Assembly (NCBI GenBank): GCA_036172245.1
Contig: JAYWIR010000041.1
Location: 930,001 to 994,000 of the forward strand
DNA from: Raillietiella orientalis
Taxonomy: Eukaryota
Direction of reading: 5' to 3'
Length of the DNA stretch: 64,000 nt
Position numbers and translations under genes: made by a program. Below, piece after piece: positions 1-14,466 of the stretch. The notes under the pieces were generated by a model that had not been told where the DNA came from, did no database searches, and saw nothing but the letters and a program-made list of their open reading frames with translations. Positions within the stretch are counted from its first letter, which is position 1; each line of letters opens with the position of its first letter.

Positions 1-3000
1 GGGGGAGCGGTCTCTGGTCGGTCAACTCGTCTTGATGGGGACGCGAATGGGTCTGCGCCCAATTCTATCGATTTACCTTCATGGCACTTATTTCTACACA
101 GAGCGGCTGGTCAAGTTTCATTCTCTAGGCGAGCTGATTGCTCAGCAATTTGGTAAGTGCCTCGAACGAAAGTCGGGTCCAAACCATCCTTTCTTTCGTG
201 AATACCGAGGGTGGAAAATACATCCAGGGAAGGTCATTTCCTCTCCTGAGATCAGATTGACGGTTTTCATCAAAAAAAAAAAAAAAGATGCCCTTTGTTC
301 CAAGAGGCTGTCAGGACGAATTTTGGAAATCACTTCCCATTTCAGCAAACGACGTTAGAGGGGGAGGTAAAGCACAGTCTCGGAGGAAGGTTGTGGTACT
401 TACTTTGATAAAATGTTTCGATGTCAATAACTAAAATCGCACTTGTGACTAGCAAGACGATGATGACTAAGATGAACGTCAAGGCATGTCTCACCACGGA
501 TTTTCTAGGAAGAGATGCATCCATCAGATTTTAGAAAAGTTCTCATCAATTTTTTTTTTTTTTGCAAACACCGCAATATGATGAAGAATTTCGAATGTTA
601 TTCGGAAAAAAAAAAAATCGAAACAAAACACTTCTATAAGTGCGAATGGTGAATAATTATACTCACAGAAAATTGCAATCGATTTGAAATTGTAACTGAC
701 GATTCGCAAAATCGTATGTCCATTTATGTAACCTCATTTCAAACTGGACCAAAGAATGCACATGTATTCAATGATGCAAGGGGTTTGCAGGTTACAAACG
801 AAAGAAATCTGAGGTATGGAGCTAATATGTTCACACCTGAGTTTTTGTTTTGTATGTTTAAGAGTGTTCCATGTTGAAATGGAACTACAGGCTATTCCTA
901 TAACGAAAGGGAAATTAACTGGAGAGAATTAAATAAAGGTACATTTCAGTCAATAGTAAGGAGTAGCAAGGAAGCTGCGAAAGCCAGCTCAAATGCATTG
1001 AAAATAAGACTGCCCTTACACCACTTTTCGGTTCAAGCTGATTAACTCGGAATTTTCGTGTTTTAGTCAGAGCCTGCCCTCATATAGGGTTTCATCTTGA
1101 GCACTTTCATGGTCCGGATCAACGCATCGTATGAATGAAAGGATCGTAACGGCATCATCGACTCGCCAATTCAAATTCCCAACCGATTCAGGGGTGTTCT
1201 TACACATCCCAGATGGCTGTCGTTGAAGGTGTCTTACACCCCAGTCGCCATAAATTTTAGATTGTGAAAAATCAAGAGAATAATTATGCACTATCAAGAA
1301 AAAGACGGATTGGTCCAGGTTGATTTCACTGGGCTTGGTTTCGCTATGCAGGTCAGTTTTATGCTTGGGGTTTTGCAAGCAATTCGGAATGAATCTGGAG
1401 GTACCTTTCTCAGGATCTGTGGCTCAGGGGGGAGGGGATTCAGGTAAGCTTCAGTGGGGGCATGTGCCGTCCGTCTATCCAGTGGATTACCATTCAGATG
1501 CGTCCATATAACGTCGCTCAGTTACTTTGAGGGAGGAGGGGAAAAAAAAAAATTGGTCCATACGCGAATGCCTGTCGCAGCTCGCCAGACGTCGAAAATG
1601 TTGAATGTAAGTCCCCTAATCTTCGGCTGCACTCTGAGTATCCAAACTCTCAGCACCTAGTTCTGATTTAGTGGTCTCTCAACGTAGCAGTAGCACGTGC
1701 TTTGAGGAACAGTTGTTTTCGAAGCATGGGATGTGGTGCTTTTGCTTTTGCAGGTTCCTATACCTTCCACAGCAATAAAAACTGTTTTCCTCTACACTCT
1801 GAAATTTCAGGTCCAAGTCTCCTGCAGAAAAAAAGCTCACTGCTTCTTTCTTTCTTTCTTTTTTTTAGGTATTTGCACTTCTCTTGATAAAAGCCTTGAG
1901 GAAAGAAGCAATAAACAAATCTTTCCAAGAAACATAAAAATGAATGTCTGGAAAAAGCAAAGAAATCCGATGATTTTTATGAATCCATAAACAAAGTATG
2001 CATGTAATAATATTACATTTCTCGTAGAGGTTTCATAAAATTTTATCAGCTTCATCTATAAAAGGTGATGGCTAAATCTGGAGATTATTAAAAGCCAAAA
2101 TAAGCAACATGGGGTGGAGTTTTGAGACTAACAAGTCATAATCTAGTGGACCTTCACTCATAGGCAGAAGATAACAACATGAGACGTGTGCTCGGCACTG
2201 ATCAGGAGATGATGCCAAAGTGATGCGAGCTTTTTAGTGGAGACTGACATCAGGCACGAGGATTCATTTAGAGTCTTTAGCTTCACTCATGGGGCTATTA
2301 GATACACTCTTGTATTGCATTCAATGTCATTGAGGAGATTTACTGAGTAGACTATACTGAGCAGTTTTTACAAAGTGCTTTCTTTTTTTCCCATTTACAT
2401 ACTCATTTGTTTCGCTTTTTCGAGGCCTTACATCCACTCTACTGATAGATTCTGTTTTCCTTCGAATGAGTTGTCCTGTTCTCTGGAATCAGTGTTGCCA
2501 GTTTTTTCTCAAAAAACAAACAAACAAGCAAACAATAGCGAGTTCCTGGGTTTCGAAAACGTGCTTGGCATATGATCTGTTTGCTTTTATGCATCTCTAA
2601 GAAAACAGAGGTGATCGTAGTTTGAATTTCCAAGATTGAAATATCGCGGTAGACAGCTAACAGTGATCTCACCGGATGAGCTTTACAAGGGATTTCTGCT
2701 GTTCTCACTCCAGCAGTTGTCCTTGTTCATTGTTCAAGGGATTGCTCGCTATGGGGATTCGCCGAAGCAGCTGAAGAAAACATTCCCCGAAGGAATGAAG
2801 AATGCAGATGGGTTGGGCAAGTGATGTGACTGACGGAGAGTGACATGCATAGATTTGCTGGCTCCCAACGAAATTACTTCCGCAATTTCTTAAATACGAT
2901 TGCCATATGCTTTCACTAAAAATACGCACCGGCGAATCACTATGTGAGTCCCAGATGCAAATCCTTCTGGGATGAAACGACATATATATATTTTCATGAA

Positions 3001-3904
3001 GATGTACGGATATATTCATATATCATTCGAGCAGAATTCAGTCATTGGATTCCCTTGGATCCTTTCTCTTCAGCTCGGTCTTACTGAGTCCTCGTTGTTC
3101 ATAAACGACCTTATCTATGGTCTGGTTCTTTTTCATGAAGAAAAATTTCCTGTGTTCCACACGGATCCTCTGGTTTTCTGGCGCTTCGCTGAGAAGTGTT
3201 GGATGCGTTTTGTGGTGTCGCAGATCCCCGTTCTGCATCATCCAAAGCTGCAACCATTTGCAATTGGATTCGAGAACCTTTTTTTTTTTTTTTTTTTTTG
3301 AAGAATTCCGAGTCTTAAATTATATGTTGTGGGGTAATCGCTCCTCCGACTGAGACGTGATACCAGATGAACATTTTCTTGCTATTTCAGTTTTTCCCAA
3401 CGAAAACAGTTCGCCGTTGGGATATCCGATTACCCTTTCAAGCAACGCTTTCTGAAGAGCCTTACACGACCAAAGTTCGGGATGCTTCTGGCTCTAAATC
3501 GAAACGGATGCCTTCATTTCAAGGAAGGACTGCATAACTTTGCTCTTTCAAAAGGAACACTTCGATCCATAAAGCAAATGATGACACGTCGTGGTTTCTT
3601 TCACAGGCATCGAGTTGTTGAGCTAAGAATCTGGGATGATTCCGAATGTTCACGCCGTTTTCGGAGGCCATCTTGAATTCTCCCGTCTCTCAACTCGCCT
3701 TAATTCGGCAGGGCAAACCCCGCGGATATGCTATTTGCTCAGATGTGGTCAGTTCGAGGAAAGCTCGTGAGCTCGTAGCTTGATTTCACGTTTGTTTACA
3801 TTCTCCTTTAATCTCAGTCGATTCTTTACGAAGAGTAATCCCTTCCCTTGCGGCTCTCCTCATTTACCAAGAAGCATGCATCCAATTCGGGTATCTGGCT
3901 TTAA

Positions 3905-3930
3905 ACACACACACACACACACACACACAC
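3905..3930. repeat. (AC)13 microsatellite
   Basis: Perfect AC dinucleotide run read directly from the sequence. Confidence 0.95.
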
Positions 3931-6900
3931 CTGCGCTCGCGCAAACAAAAAACGGAATCTCTGCAAAGCACCACGAGTGCTTCCTTGGAGTGCACCTCTC
4001 GTCTTCATCTCGTAGCAAGAAAATGATAGGTCGCGATCATCACACACTGGAGAATTCGTGAGAGTTACAGACGAAACGTGCCGTTTAAACTCCCCACACA
4101 CCCCTTTTCGAGACAAAGAAAAGTCCCAAAGTCAGAGCTGATTTCATGCCTCCAGGTACATGAAACCCCTCTAGAAAAAAAAATCAAATAAAAAAAAAAA
4201 AATCATTTGCTCGAGTCCGTCGGAAACACAAGCAAATGATTCTTACTTATCTATACTGCATCCATGGCGTATGCCTTCCTAGGTGAGAAGCCAGTTTCTC
4301 ACTTCGAACCGTTTCTCCGTAGGATAACTTGGGAAAGGCTTCGAGAGGATGGCGGAACTTCAACAGGAGTGTCTCACTCCTCCTCTGTTGTCATTAAAGC
4401 ATCGGAGAAATGCTTGCGAAGTTAACGTGTGCATGGGGTGCACCTTACCACCATCGGGAAACACGCGAGGCAGGATTTACTGTTCAGTTTGTCCATCACG
4501 AAAGTCATCCCTATTATTAATTTTTCCCCGGGCAAGGATGAGAATTTTTTGCCTCTCTGCACGGACTAACCGGATCGGGACCATAAATCGGTTACGTGCG
4601 TCTGCTACAGGAGTCCCCATAGTCCTTCCGAGTTCGAGCTGAGCGACCCTGGCTGCGGGTGGATGTTCGTCAATTCAGTGCTGTCTGGACCCGCTTAGTG
4701 CATGGACCGCGTATTCCAAAAGCAAAGTGTGCAACGGGATGTGCGTGTCTGTGTGTTTTCCGTCGCAGCCGCTGCCTCGGTCACTGGAAACCGCAGATCC
4801 GAGCATCCGGGCGCGTCCTCTCCGACGCGCGGTCACAATGAGCCCATCCTTGCTACCCAGTCAGATCATGAGCTGCTCAAGAATGCCCCGTGCCGCCGGC
4901 CATCTGCAGGATCTTTGGCGCGCGCGTCTGTCAACCTCCGCCTGATGGTCCCCTCTTGATCCCAGCACCGCGCTCGGGATCCTCAACGGCCTACCCCGCT
5001 GCAAGTGAATCCCGTACACTGCGGTTGCCGTACCCGATTTTCTTGAGAGGGCGCGGGGGTCTGTGGGGGGGGGGGGATCGGAATTCACCATACAGTACCG
5101 TACACTCGAACAGATGGGGTGCTTACGTGGAGAGAGGGGTCGTTACATGGAAAGGTAAAATTCAAATGCATTGCATGGAAAATTGCGAAAAATGCAAAAA
5201 GCAGAATTCTTCAATTTCTCGCATCATCCCCCTTAAAATGTTCAAACAGGAAGCTGCACAATAAATCCAAGAAAACGATGTTCCCCCCCCCCCCACGTTC
5301 CAAATTCAAATAGTTGCCATGCAGCTGCCACCTATCGCAGCAGAGTTTGCGCTCAGGAAAGATGGTGGATAGAATCTAAATAGAAGTGCTTCATCCGTGA
5401 AGTCGGATGTTTTCTTTTTGAAATGGTCTAAAGCTATCAGATTGGAACTCGATATGCAAACTTGATATCTAAATGGGAATGGAAGGAAACGGTGTTGTGT
5501 GTTTTTAATTTGAGACGCAAGAAGCAACTGGCTAAACAGCTGTTGTTTTCCCTTTTTTTTTTCCTCTTTCCTTCCATCTGCCTTTCTGTTCCTTCACAAA
5601 ATCGCAAAAGCCCCCATTTCAAAGTCCCTATTTCAATCAATGCTGCCAATGCCTTCGAACTGACCTTGATTTTTGCCAAAGGAACAAAGGTTCCTTTTTT
5701 TTTTTATCGACTCGGTTCCTCTAAAAACACCACCAACAACAACCGAAAAAAAAGAAAGAAAAAAAAAAAAAGCCGGGAATTGAGACAGGAGAGCAGCCTG
5801 CAAACGGGGTGTTTTCAGACCGCTGCTAATGCAAGTGTTTCCAACAGGATCAAGGAATACAGAAGATCCCTACCCTGAAAACAGCCTTCCCTCCGCATCC
5901 ACAGTTCGCGATCAGCTTCCAGGGGGCGAATTTTTTTTTTTTTCTTTTCTTGCATACTCGATGCATGTTTCTAGAACGGGAAGAGGAGGAGAGGCTCTAA
6001 GCTTTCGAATCGAACTTTCCAGAGATATTCACTCCACGACGTGTTGGAAGGAGGCTGCTGCTCGCTCTGCACGGAGATTTGGCACGAAAACAAAACACGA
6101 AAAACTCGTTCTCGATCATAAGGTTCGAACATTTTCTGTTAAATAAGGTAAATAATAAACGATGTGCATCGGTTTTGTTTGAGTGACTTGGAAACTTTTC
6201 GGGGGCAAAGTTGCATGCGGTGGCGATAAGGTCCGTGTGGCTTAGGGTTTGCATCTCTGCGGTCAACACATGGCAACAGTCTGGTGATGACGGAACGCGG
6301 TCCAGTTCTTCTCCTCCACCACCACTCCCCCCGGAACGATCCTCGCCAGAATTTAGGTCGCCGGTCGATCGCGCGTTTTCACGAAGGACAGACCATGTCC
6401 TTAAGGCAAGCAATTATCCGCAAGACCGATGCATGGAGCACGCACACACACACATATGCGCGCACACAAAGTAATTGTCAGGCCTGCCGCAGGGAATCTT
6501 CAGCGGGCACGCTTGTGAATTCCAGGATGCCCACGTATCCAAAAGCAGACCCGTACGACACGAGGGAAGATGCGTTCCGAGATGTCACACACGAAGATCA
6601 GATGGTGGGGGGCGGGGGAACGCGACTCTTTCGATCCGAGACGGTACAAAGACGCCACCACAACGGACAAACGTGGCTCCGAACGGATCCGTCCACTTCC
6701 GTATTGATTGCCAAAGAGTGTACACTCGAAATTTTAGAAGGGAAAAAAACCAAAAGCAAAACAAAACCGAACAAAACGAAAACTCCCTCCGATCGCTTAA
6801 CCATACTCCTCCGTTTTTTTTTTTTTTTTTCTCTTTTTCACACGAGCGGCTTAGGAGAATTCAATTCTTATTCAACTTTACCTATCGTTCGACTGCTTTG

Positions 6901-7392
6901 CTGTTTTCTCTCCCGGGTCCATCCTCCCGATAGCTCGATTTTCCTCGATCTTTTTTTTTCACTGGACACGAATAGATACACAGTCCGTGTGTCGATTAAG
7001 AAGTGAGAACACAAAAATTCGTAAAAAGGAATATGAAAAAAAAAAGTAGCTTTTGATTTATTGGAAATGAACAAATGTGAACAATACACAAGTGATATGA
7101 CGTAAGCTCCCAATGCGCAGCTTTTGCTCTTTTCTCTTAATTCATGGCTGCATTCTTTCTGCAGAAATTGGGTCTATAGTCTACTTGAACGATTATTTGT
7201 TTGTTTGTTTTCTCTCTCTCCCTCTCTCCCTCTCTCCTTATTCTTCGTCGCCTTCTTCCTCTTGGGAATACGTGCGAACAGAAGAAGCAGTCTATTTTTG
7301 TCCTTATTGTAATAGTCGGACGAGACGAAGGAAGAAAAACGGCAGCAACCCAAATCGCACGTAGGAAGGAGAAGACATCGCCGGATCGTTTC

Positions 7393-7403
7393 CGCGCGCG
7401 CGC

Positions 7404-7434
<31 letters not shown>

Positions 7435-7479
7435 TGTGCGTGTGCGTGTGCGTGTGCGTGTGTGCGTGCAGAGAGAGAG
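7393..7479. repeat. Compound microsatellite (CG)13(TG)10(CGTGTG)n(AG)n
   Basis: Read directly. Pyrimidine-purine alternation is uninterrupted over 7393-7470 and is followed by a short AG run. Confidence 0.95.
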
Positions 7480-10400
7480 CGCATCCAGCCGGCTGCGCTT
7501 TTCGCCCGAGGAATTCTTCGGAGAATGACGATCGCGATCCCTGGAGGATAGATCGGTGGCAGTTGAAAGTAGGGGCGACCCAAAGCGCGCTGCCTACAAC
7601 GCAACTCGCATGCAGTCCCCTCTCTGGCAGTGGTTGATCGAAATCAAAACAGGTTCCGCGTTAGACGCGCGCTCCCATGATGCACCGTCTACCAGTCTTC
7701 CCCCATCTCCCTCTCTCTCTCCCTCTCCTTTTTTCGTTTTTCTTTTTCCTTCCTCCCCGATGGGAGGTGTACGCTTGCATCTTACACGCACAGGCGGCAT
7801 GATTCGAGCGCCGAAGACGTGGGTTTCGCGGCAAGCGCAGGAGGTGCACATGGCCTGCATGCCTCCCGGAGCAAGATGCATTGATCCTCGCAGACGTCAG
7901 AATGGCAACGGAGCGGAGAAGCCACACGTGTCTGCGTTTTCTTTTCCCCCTACCGGGGATGTCGCTCTTCGGAACGCGAAGAGGAAGCAGGAAAACGGCG
8001 AACATGCGATGGGATCGGCACGTGCGGATCACAGGCAAAGCCTCGGATGAATCCCGGCACGGCCAGCGGTCGCGACCAGCGCCCTCGGCCCTAAAGGCGT
8101 CCTGTCGAGGGTTCCTCATTCCCTGAAGAGATCGTATCTGTTTCAAGGTAACCTGAGTAAGCTGTCTGAGATGACGACTTCGCCGGAAACCCAAACTGCT
8201 GTGTTGATGGCTTTCCATCTAGAATTCGCTTTCGGCACCCACTGCTTTGTTCCTACGACGGTTCACTAAGGAGAGGGAAAAGGAAAAGGCTGAGAATTTG
8301 AAAGGAAACGACGCGCGCCAGGAAAGCAACCGTTCTTTCCTAATTTCGTTTTTCTTCAATTTCGGCCACCATGAGATCACTGATATGCACTCACCAGAAA
8401 CAAACAACACGCGTAGCCAGCTGTAAACATTGTAGACGAGTTGTTTTAAGAAGAGGTTGCTTGCAAGTGCTTTTGCTGGGAGTGAGGTGAAGCTGCTCCG
8501 CATGCACGTCCGCATTGAATTTCGGAGTTCGCTTCCATGGCGTCTGCTCGCCTTGCTGTTCATCTGCGCACGCTGACCACACATCCAGCTCCATTCCGAG
8601 TGCTGCTTTCGAAAAAGTGGGTTCATCAATGGCTAGGAGTAAATGAACTTGTGAATGGAAGAGCTGAGAGAAAGTACTCTTCCAGCTAGCAATCGTCGGA
8701 TGCAAGACTGGAGCTTGGATGTTAGGACTGGAATGTTTGTATCACACCTAATGGAAAGTGATGGTGATTCCATTACGTATCCACTGAGTTGTGGGCAAAA
8801 AGATTCGAAAGGAATCCGTTTATTCGCTTCGACTGGAGATTTAACCAATCTCAGTCTCTTACATGTCCAGCATCTCAAACCACAGTGCTATTTTTATTGG
8901 CCAATGTAACCTGACGATCCATGCAATCCTGGTTTTTTTTCTGGTGGGCTTTGATCTCCATGATGTTAATACTTAAAGGCTAGGTATAGTGATCAGCATG
9001 TTTGTTGGTTTTGCTTGTTTTCAAATCGGTTGTTTTAGAAGCATAGGATTTCAGAAGAACCTTTTTTTTTTTTTTTCCTTCCCCTTCCTGGGAGTATTTT
9101 GCTCCTAGCGAAAGAAATCATCTGATACCGATGGAAAAGTTACGAGGAATTTTTCAAATTGAAAAAGAATTTAATATTTCATATTATCGGATTGCCGCGT
9201 GTTTGCGGAAGGTGGGCAAAGAACATAGGAGAGGAGGGCACCTAGCAAGAAAAGCCCTAGCAAGGGCACCTATTTATGCTCCTTGACGGAAGAGCCGAAC
9301 CATTGTGTAAGCTCCCCAACTTTCGAAATTACCTTTGCTTGAAACTGTCCACACCGATTCAAATACCTTCAGAAAATCTTTCGCATGATTTTTTCAGCTG
9401 CAGTTATGTGTGTGTGTTTCAAAAAATGCACAAGAAATAAAACCACATCGTAAATTTTTATACGGATTTCTTATAAGGTATTTTCTCTTCGTGCCTCTGT
9501 AAACTTATCACATATTTTTTTTTTTTTTGCATGGCGTCCATAGCCTTCATGTGTTTCAATTGCTTGCTTTTACTTCCTCTTTACCTGATTTTTTTTCTTG
9601 ATCGTTTCGAGTCATCTTCTTTGCCAATTGCTGGAGATTCAAACGAAGGTTTACTAAGGTGCTTTCGGAAGACTGTACGTAAACGTGTGAGAACTGGATT
9701 CAGGTTTCTGCGAGGAGGCACAAGAGGAAGAAAATTCCCATGTCCCTTCTTCTGCTGTGTTTTGGAAAAATTACCAAAAATCAACGGGAAGTAAGAATGG
9801 CCAGGCCCTCGCAGATCTCCTTCCGCATCAAAAGCATGCAGTAGAATCGGCCAGGCTCGACTCTTTTTCTTGTGGCCCAATGGCAGTCATCCGCAGCTTC
9901 CACATCTGTGCTCTCAACAAAAGTCATAGTTCCTTTTTGGAATTAACGGATGCAAAATCCTTTAGCCCATTTCTTTTTTTTTTTTTAAAGCACCCCTGAA
10001 TCGAGATGAAATAATCATAGTGTTAAGAACGATATAAGGATGCTAAAGGGAGGTAGGGAAAGGACCTCAAAATCAGTTTGTGTTTAAGGGATTATTTCAA
10101 AACGTGTCATTTTTCAATATGTTCCAAAGTATGTCCTCAGAACGAACAATTTTAAAAAGAAGTATAATCTGTCCGTTACGCCACGTCTTTGCGAAGTACT
10201 TATTCAACACACCTGTCAGCTGACTTGCATCATTTACTGCTTTCCTGTTCAAAAGAGAAAAGTTTCAGGAATCCTGTCTGAAAGCTCGTAGAACAGCAAT
10301 AAAACCTTATAGACTTTAGTACTTGAGGCTTCACGCATTTGAATGTCTTCTAAATGTTGTTTAAAGAAGCAAACATCAATCCCTCACTTCTCTCCACTGA

Positions 10401-13400
10401 TTAAACTGCCTACGGTGAGCTGCATGGAATTTGAACCGACTACGTATTTACATTTGAAATGATTCTCCTCCTTGGCTGCACATTCCAGGTACTCGCAAAA
10501 GTGCTACATTTTCAATCCAAAAAATCTCCTGTGGGTTCTGTGACCTTCCAACTCGTCGGATCACTTGCCATAGGTCTGTTTTAAGGTCATCAAAGCTTTC
10601 CATTTGTGATGCGTGCAAACACGATCGCCCTCTGAGTGTTTGCAACAAGGATTTTTTTTTCTTTTTTCTTGGAAAAAGGTTCTGACCCGTATTATGGATA
10701 AGATTCGACCCTTCGAAGGACAACCGTGGCTATTGCACTAATCTTCTGCAGATATTATTGCGATAGAAGAAGCATCTGGATGGAAGCGTCTGAGCTCTTA
10801 TTCAGACTTTTGAGCAACGTGGGGATGTCTGAAAAAGGAAGAAAGTGTACCTGTATGTCCATACATTCAGAGACAATCTCAATCGAAGAGGTGCAACCTG
10901 GATGCAAGCAGTCATCGGAAAATGTAAGAATGCAAAGAACAAAGGTCGTCGTAACTCCCGTGAAACTCTACCGCTTTCTTGATTCCTATTTTATTCCTGA
11001 TTTCTATTTTGTTGTTGATCGTGCTGGCTACTTTATTCCCGTATATTTGTCACCTCATTTCTGTGTGTGCTCGTACAACTTAAAGTCAAAGAGAGGCTCT
11101 GTTGGAAGGATTTCTACTTGTGGCGAAAAATGCTTCAACATTTCCGAAGAAGCATTTGGCACGATGCTGCAGTTTTCGACAGTTTCTTGCAGTGAGTCCC
11201 TGATCACAGTCTACATTTTAGTAGAGGACGAAAGCATTGGAATTTTCAGGAGAAAAATTCAACAACGGCCATGAATTTTCCAAACTTGGGATCTCCCCCG
11301 AGTGGCGATCAGGTAAACAGAAGTTTCCGATGTGACGAGGAAGAATGAGTTCAATCTTCCTGAGAAGGGAACCTTTTTCCTGAGGAACAACAACCGTGTT
11401 AAAACAAAATAATTTTAGAGTCCATACAAAATAAATGGATTTTTGAAATTCTTCCGTGGGTGCCATTACAAAACTAGCAAAGACTTGAGCTCTTTGCTTT
11501 TGCTGATGGACAGACGAACAGCCTCAGTTTCAAAGACCCTCTATGCGAGCAAGAAAAGTGTGAGCGAATTGCAACAGGAACATTCCAAAGATCACGAGGT
11601 GAACTTACTTCATCCAGTTTCCTGCTTTTCCTGATCTCTTCGGTCATCTTCGCAAACTTATTGTAAGAAAGCAACCTTTCCTCCTCTTACACTTGAATAC
11701 GAGTCGAGAGAAATCCATATGGACTTCCTAAAGGACGAAAAGATGATTGCTTTGACGTTTGGCGTGTCCACTGACACGTAAATCGATCTAAAGGCAACTT
11801 TGCCCGTATTCTATATGACAAAACTGTTTTATATTTGGCGGTAGTAAGAGCAATCTGTCTCCGTTTCTATTGCTCAAATTTTCTATTGACTCCTTTTCAC
11901 CCGAGCCAAGGGTTGCACTCTTCTATTTTCGCAAGGCGGATGTTTCCGCCTGAAAAAAACACATGCTGAGCATTTGTCAATACCCAAACATCACGACATT
12001 GAAGCAGAATTGCAGATCTGTATTTCTTTCCGCAGCTTAATCACCTCGAGTGCCCTTGGCTTCGTTCGGGTTGAGGAAATTTCGCTCGAGAACTGTCGGC
12101 ACGCAAGCGCCAACAGCCATCAGTGTTCTCAGAAATACCAGCTTACAACTTGGTTTCTGTGCTGCAGTTTGAATTTTCCATGTATACCTCGCGCTTTATT
12201 TGTTGATGCATGAATTTCATGGAGCTCCAGTTTCGACTCTGTAGTTCGAGCGAAGGTTCGAATATTCCTGAAACCAGCGTCGATTCTCAGTGGAAAAAAG
12301 GCTACGATTCTAGTAGTTTCTTTAGTTCATGATACTCGAGGATCGAAAGTGTGCACTGCTGGACCGTTCCCAGAAATTCACAATTTTTCTGAACTGTTCT
12401 CAAATTCGGTAAGCAGCACACAGCTTACCCTGAATACATTGTCAGCACAAGAAAGTGATTTTCTGGATTTTTAACGAAATATTCCGATTACAATTTTTAT
12501 CAATTATTTCCATACAATATGATTGCATAAAAATTGCAATCTGAAAAAACTGTGCAGCTTCATCTCTAGCATCTTGATCTCCCTAGGGGAATGATCAGAA
12601 GTCGTTCTTGAGCTACTGATACTCCATTGAATTTTCAGCTACTGTTGCGAAGGACCAGTCTTCCTTTCCAGTCTTCTGATGCCGGCAAACGATTCAAAAA
12701 ATAATGCAGTCTTTATAAAAGATTTAACAAGGTTTTCGGAGCAAAACAATAGAGGAACATCAGATCGGTCAACAGACTTTCGAGATGAAACAAAGCAGAT
12801 CTCTGATGAATGATAACAAATCAATCGATCGTAACCGGGATTCTGAATTCTTCGAGAGAGGCGACTCTCCACGTCTTTCGCAGTTCGTTTGCTCTGTTGC
12901 TCAAGGTTTGCACGTAGAGCACCGAACGCCGGTCCAGGTAGCAAAGATGTTCATCTCTTGCAGCTCGTCACTCCGAGCAACGTCCATGTGCAACCTACCC
13001 TGCTGTTCATTATCATCAACAGCATGTCTCAACCTACATGATTTCTCTCAAAGGCATATTCTCATTTCAATGGCTTCATTCTCAGCTGCAACCCTGAATT
13101 AATTTCTCATGCAAATTTATTAGCTACAGTACGTCTGTGCAGAGACGCTGGTTCTCATTTTACATTTCTTTTCCATGCTGTCAGCAGTTACTACGACTTG
13201 CACGTTGCATCACTTGCCATGCACGTGTATTGATCGCCTCCATGACTGCATGTGGCCCTACGTGATTAATGTCACGACGGTGACGTCAAGCACGTGCTGT
13301 GTGTGAAACTTCTCGGCAGCAACCACCAGTCGTTGTTTTTTTTTTTTTTTTTTTTTTTATCTTTCCCCCGTGTAAAAATGCACTTCAGAACGTGCAGGAT

Positions 13401-14466
13401 CGTGGCTTTCTTTAGGATTCTCGTAGTTTGTGAAGGGGAACCACCAAGGAAAGTTAATGTACTTTATCTGGAAATTAACTGCTGTCCGTTGTTCCGCACA
13501 TCTTCCTCTTTGCCGAGCGGACTTTTACGGTTGTGCTCGATGCCCCAGGGTCAAAAACAATCCTTGAAGCTCGGAATGTAATACAAAGCGGAAACTTTTC
13601 GCTCGTATAGGGCTAGCAAAAGTTACTCTTTTAACCGGAAGCATCTCACATGCATTCTACGTACACAATCGAACAATACGGCATCACTGTTGCTCAGTCA
13701 ATTTCAGCTGCTTAAATCTGAAAGTGCTGCATCGTGAAGTTTAACGGTCGATGCAATAGCCATACGAAAGGAGTTGGCTTGGAGCAAATCAGCGTGGAGT
13801 TGAATTTTTTAATCTGTAACTGTTAAAAAAGGAAAGAACTCGAGCATGCTACTTTGTTTAGGTTTAACCGATCAGTAGATAGAGTCTGAATAGGTGGTGA
13901 AAGATCAAAAAGTCTTAAAGCGTTGAATGTTTAGCATAAAATTTGAATTTTTTTTACATAATTGAAATGAAGGAGTCTGCATCAACAACTAGTCACTGCG
14001 TACTGACCATATGGCTATGATATGCAATGAAAGTACAGAAAACATCAATAATCACATTCATGTTCACATTTGGTTCTCTGTGGCCAAAGTTTTTGATAAA
14101 CTTGAATTTTATTAACCCAATATGACAAGCTGGGTGCATAATGGCTCTTGAAAACTGTAGTTAAATGAAATATTAATGGTTTAATTATCACTCTTGTCAT
14201 TTTTTTTCTAGGCTCTCTGCTATTTGAAAATAAGCAGTTTTAACACGTTTTGGTTCCTGCTCCTGGATCCACTGCACATGTAAACATTTTCAACTGCAAA
14301 TGAGTTCCCTAAATAATTAACATCTTGGGAAGCCACTTGTATTGGTATGCTATTTCTGCTGAAAAGAATTCTTTTTTTTGAAACAGGCATCATGGTGACA
14401 ACAAAACAAAGTTATAAGCCAAAGACATCCACAACTGCATTCTAGATGCACAAGAATTCTCTGCTT

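Noticed and set aside
2700..3700. NLR-like pseudogene on the minus strand
   Set aside because: Only one vague motif (FAGAYF) among many stops.
6284..7006. 240-aa ORF, and other long ORFs in GC-rich tracts (e.g. 44952-45875 minus)
   Set aside because: They run through microsatellites or homopolymers, or are antisense to TE coding frames, and have no recognisable domain.
10414..10440. tRNA-like T-arm/B-box on the minus strand (GGTTCAAATTCC...CAGCTCACC)
   Set aside because: Only ~27 nt, with no D-arm, anticodon arm or matching acceptor 5' strand.
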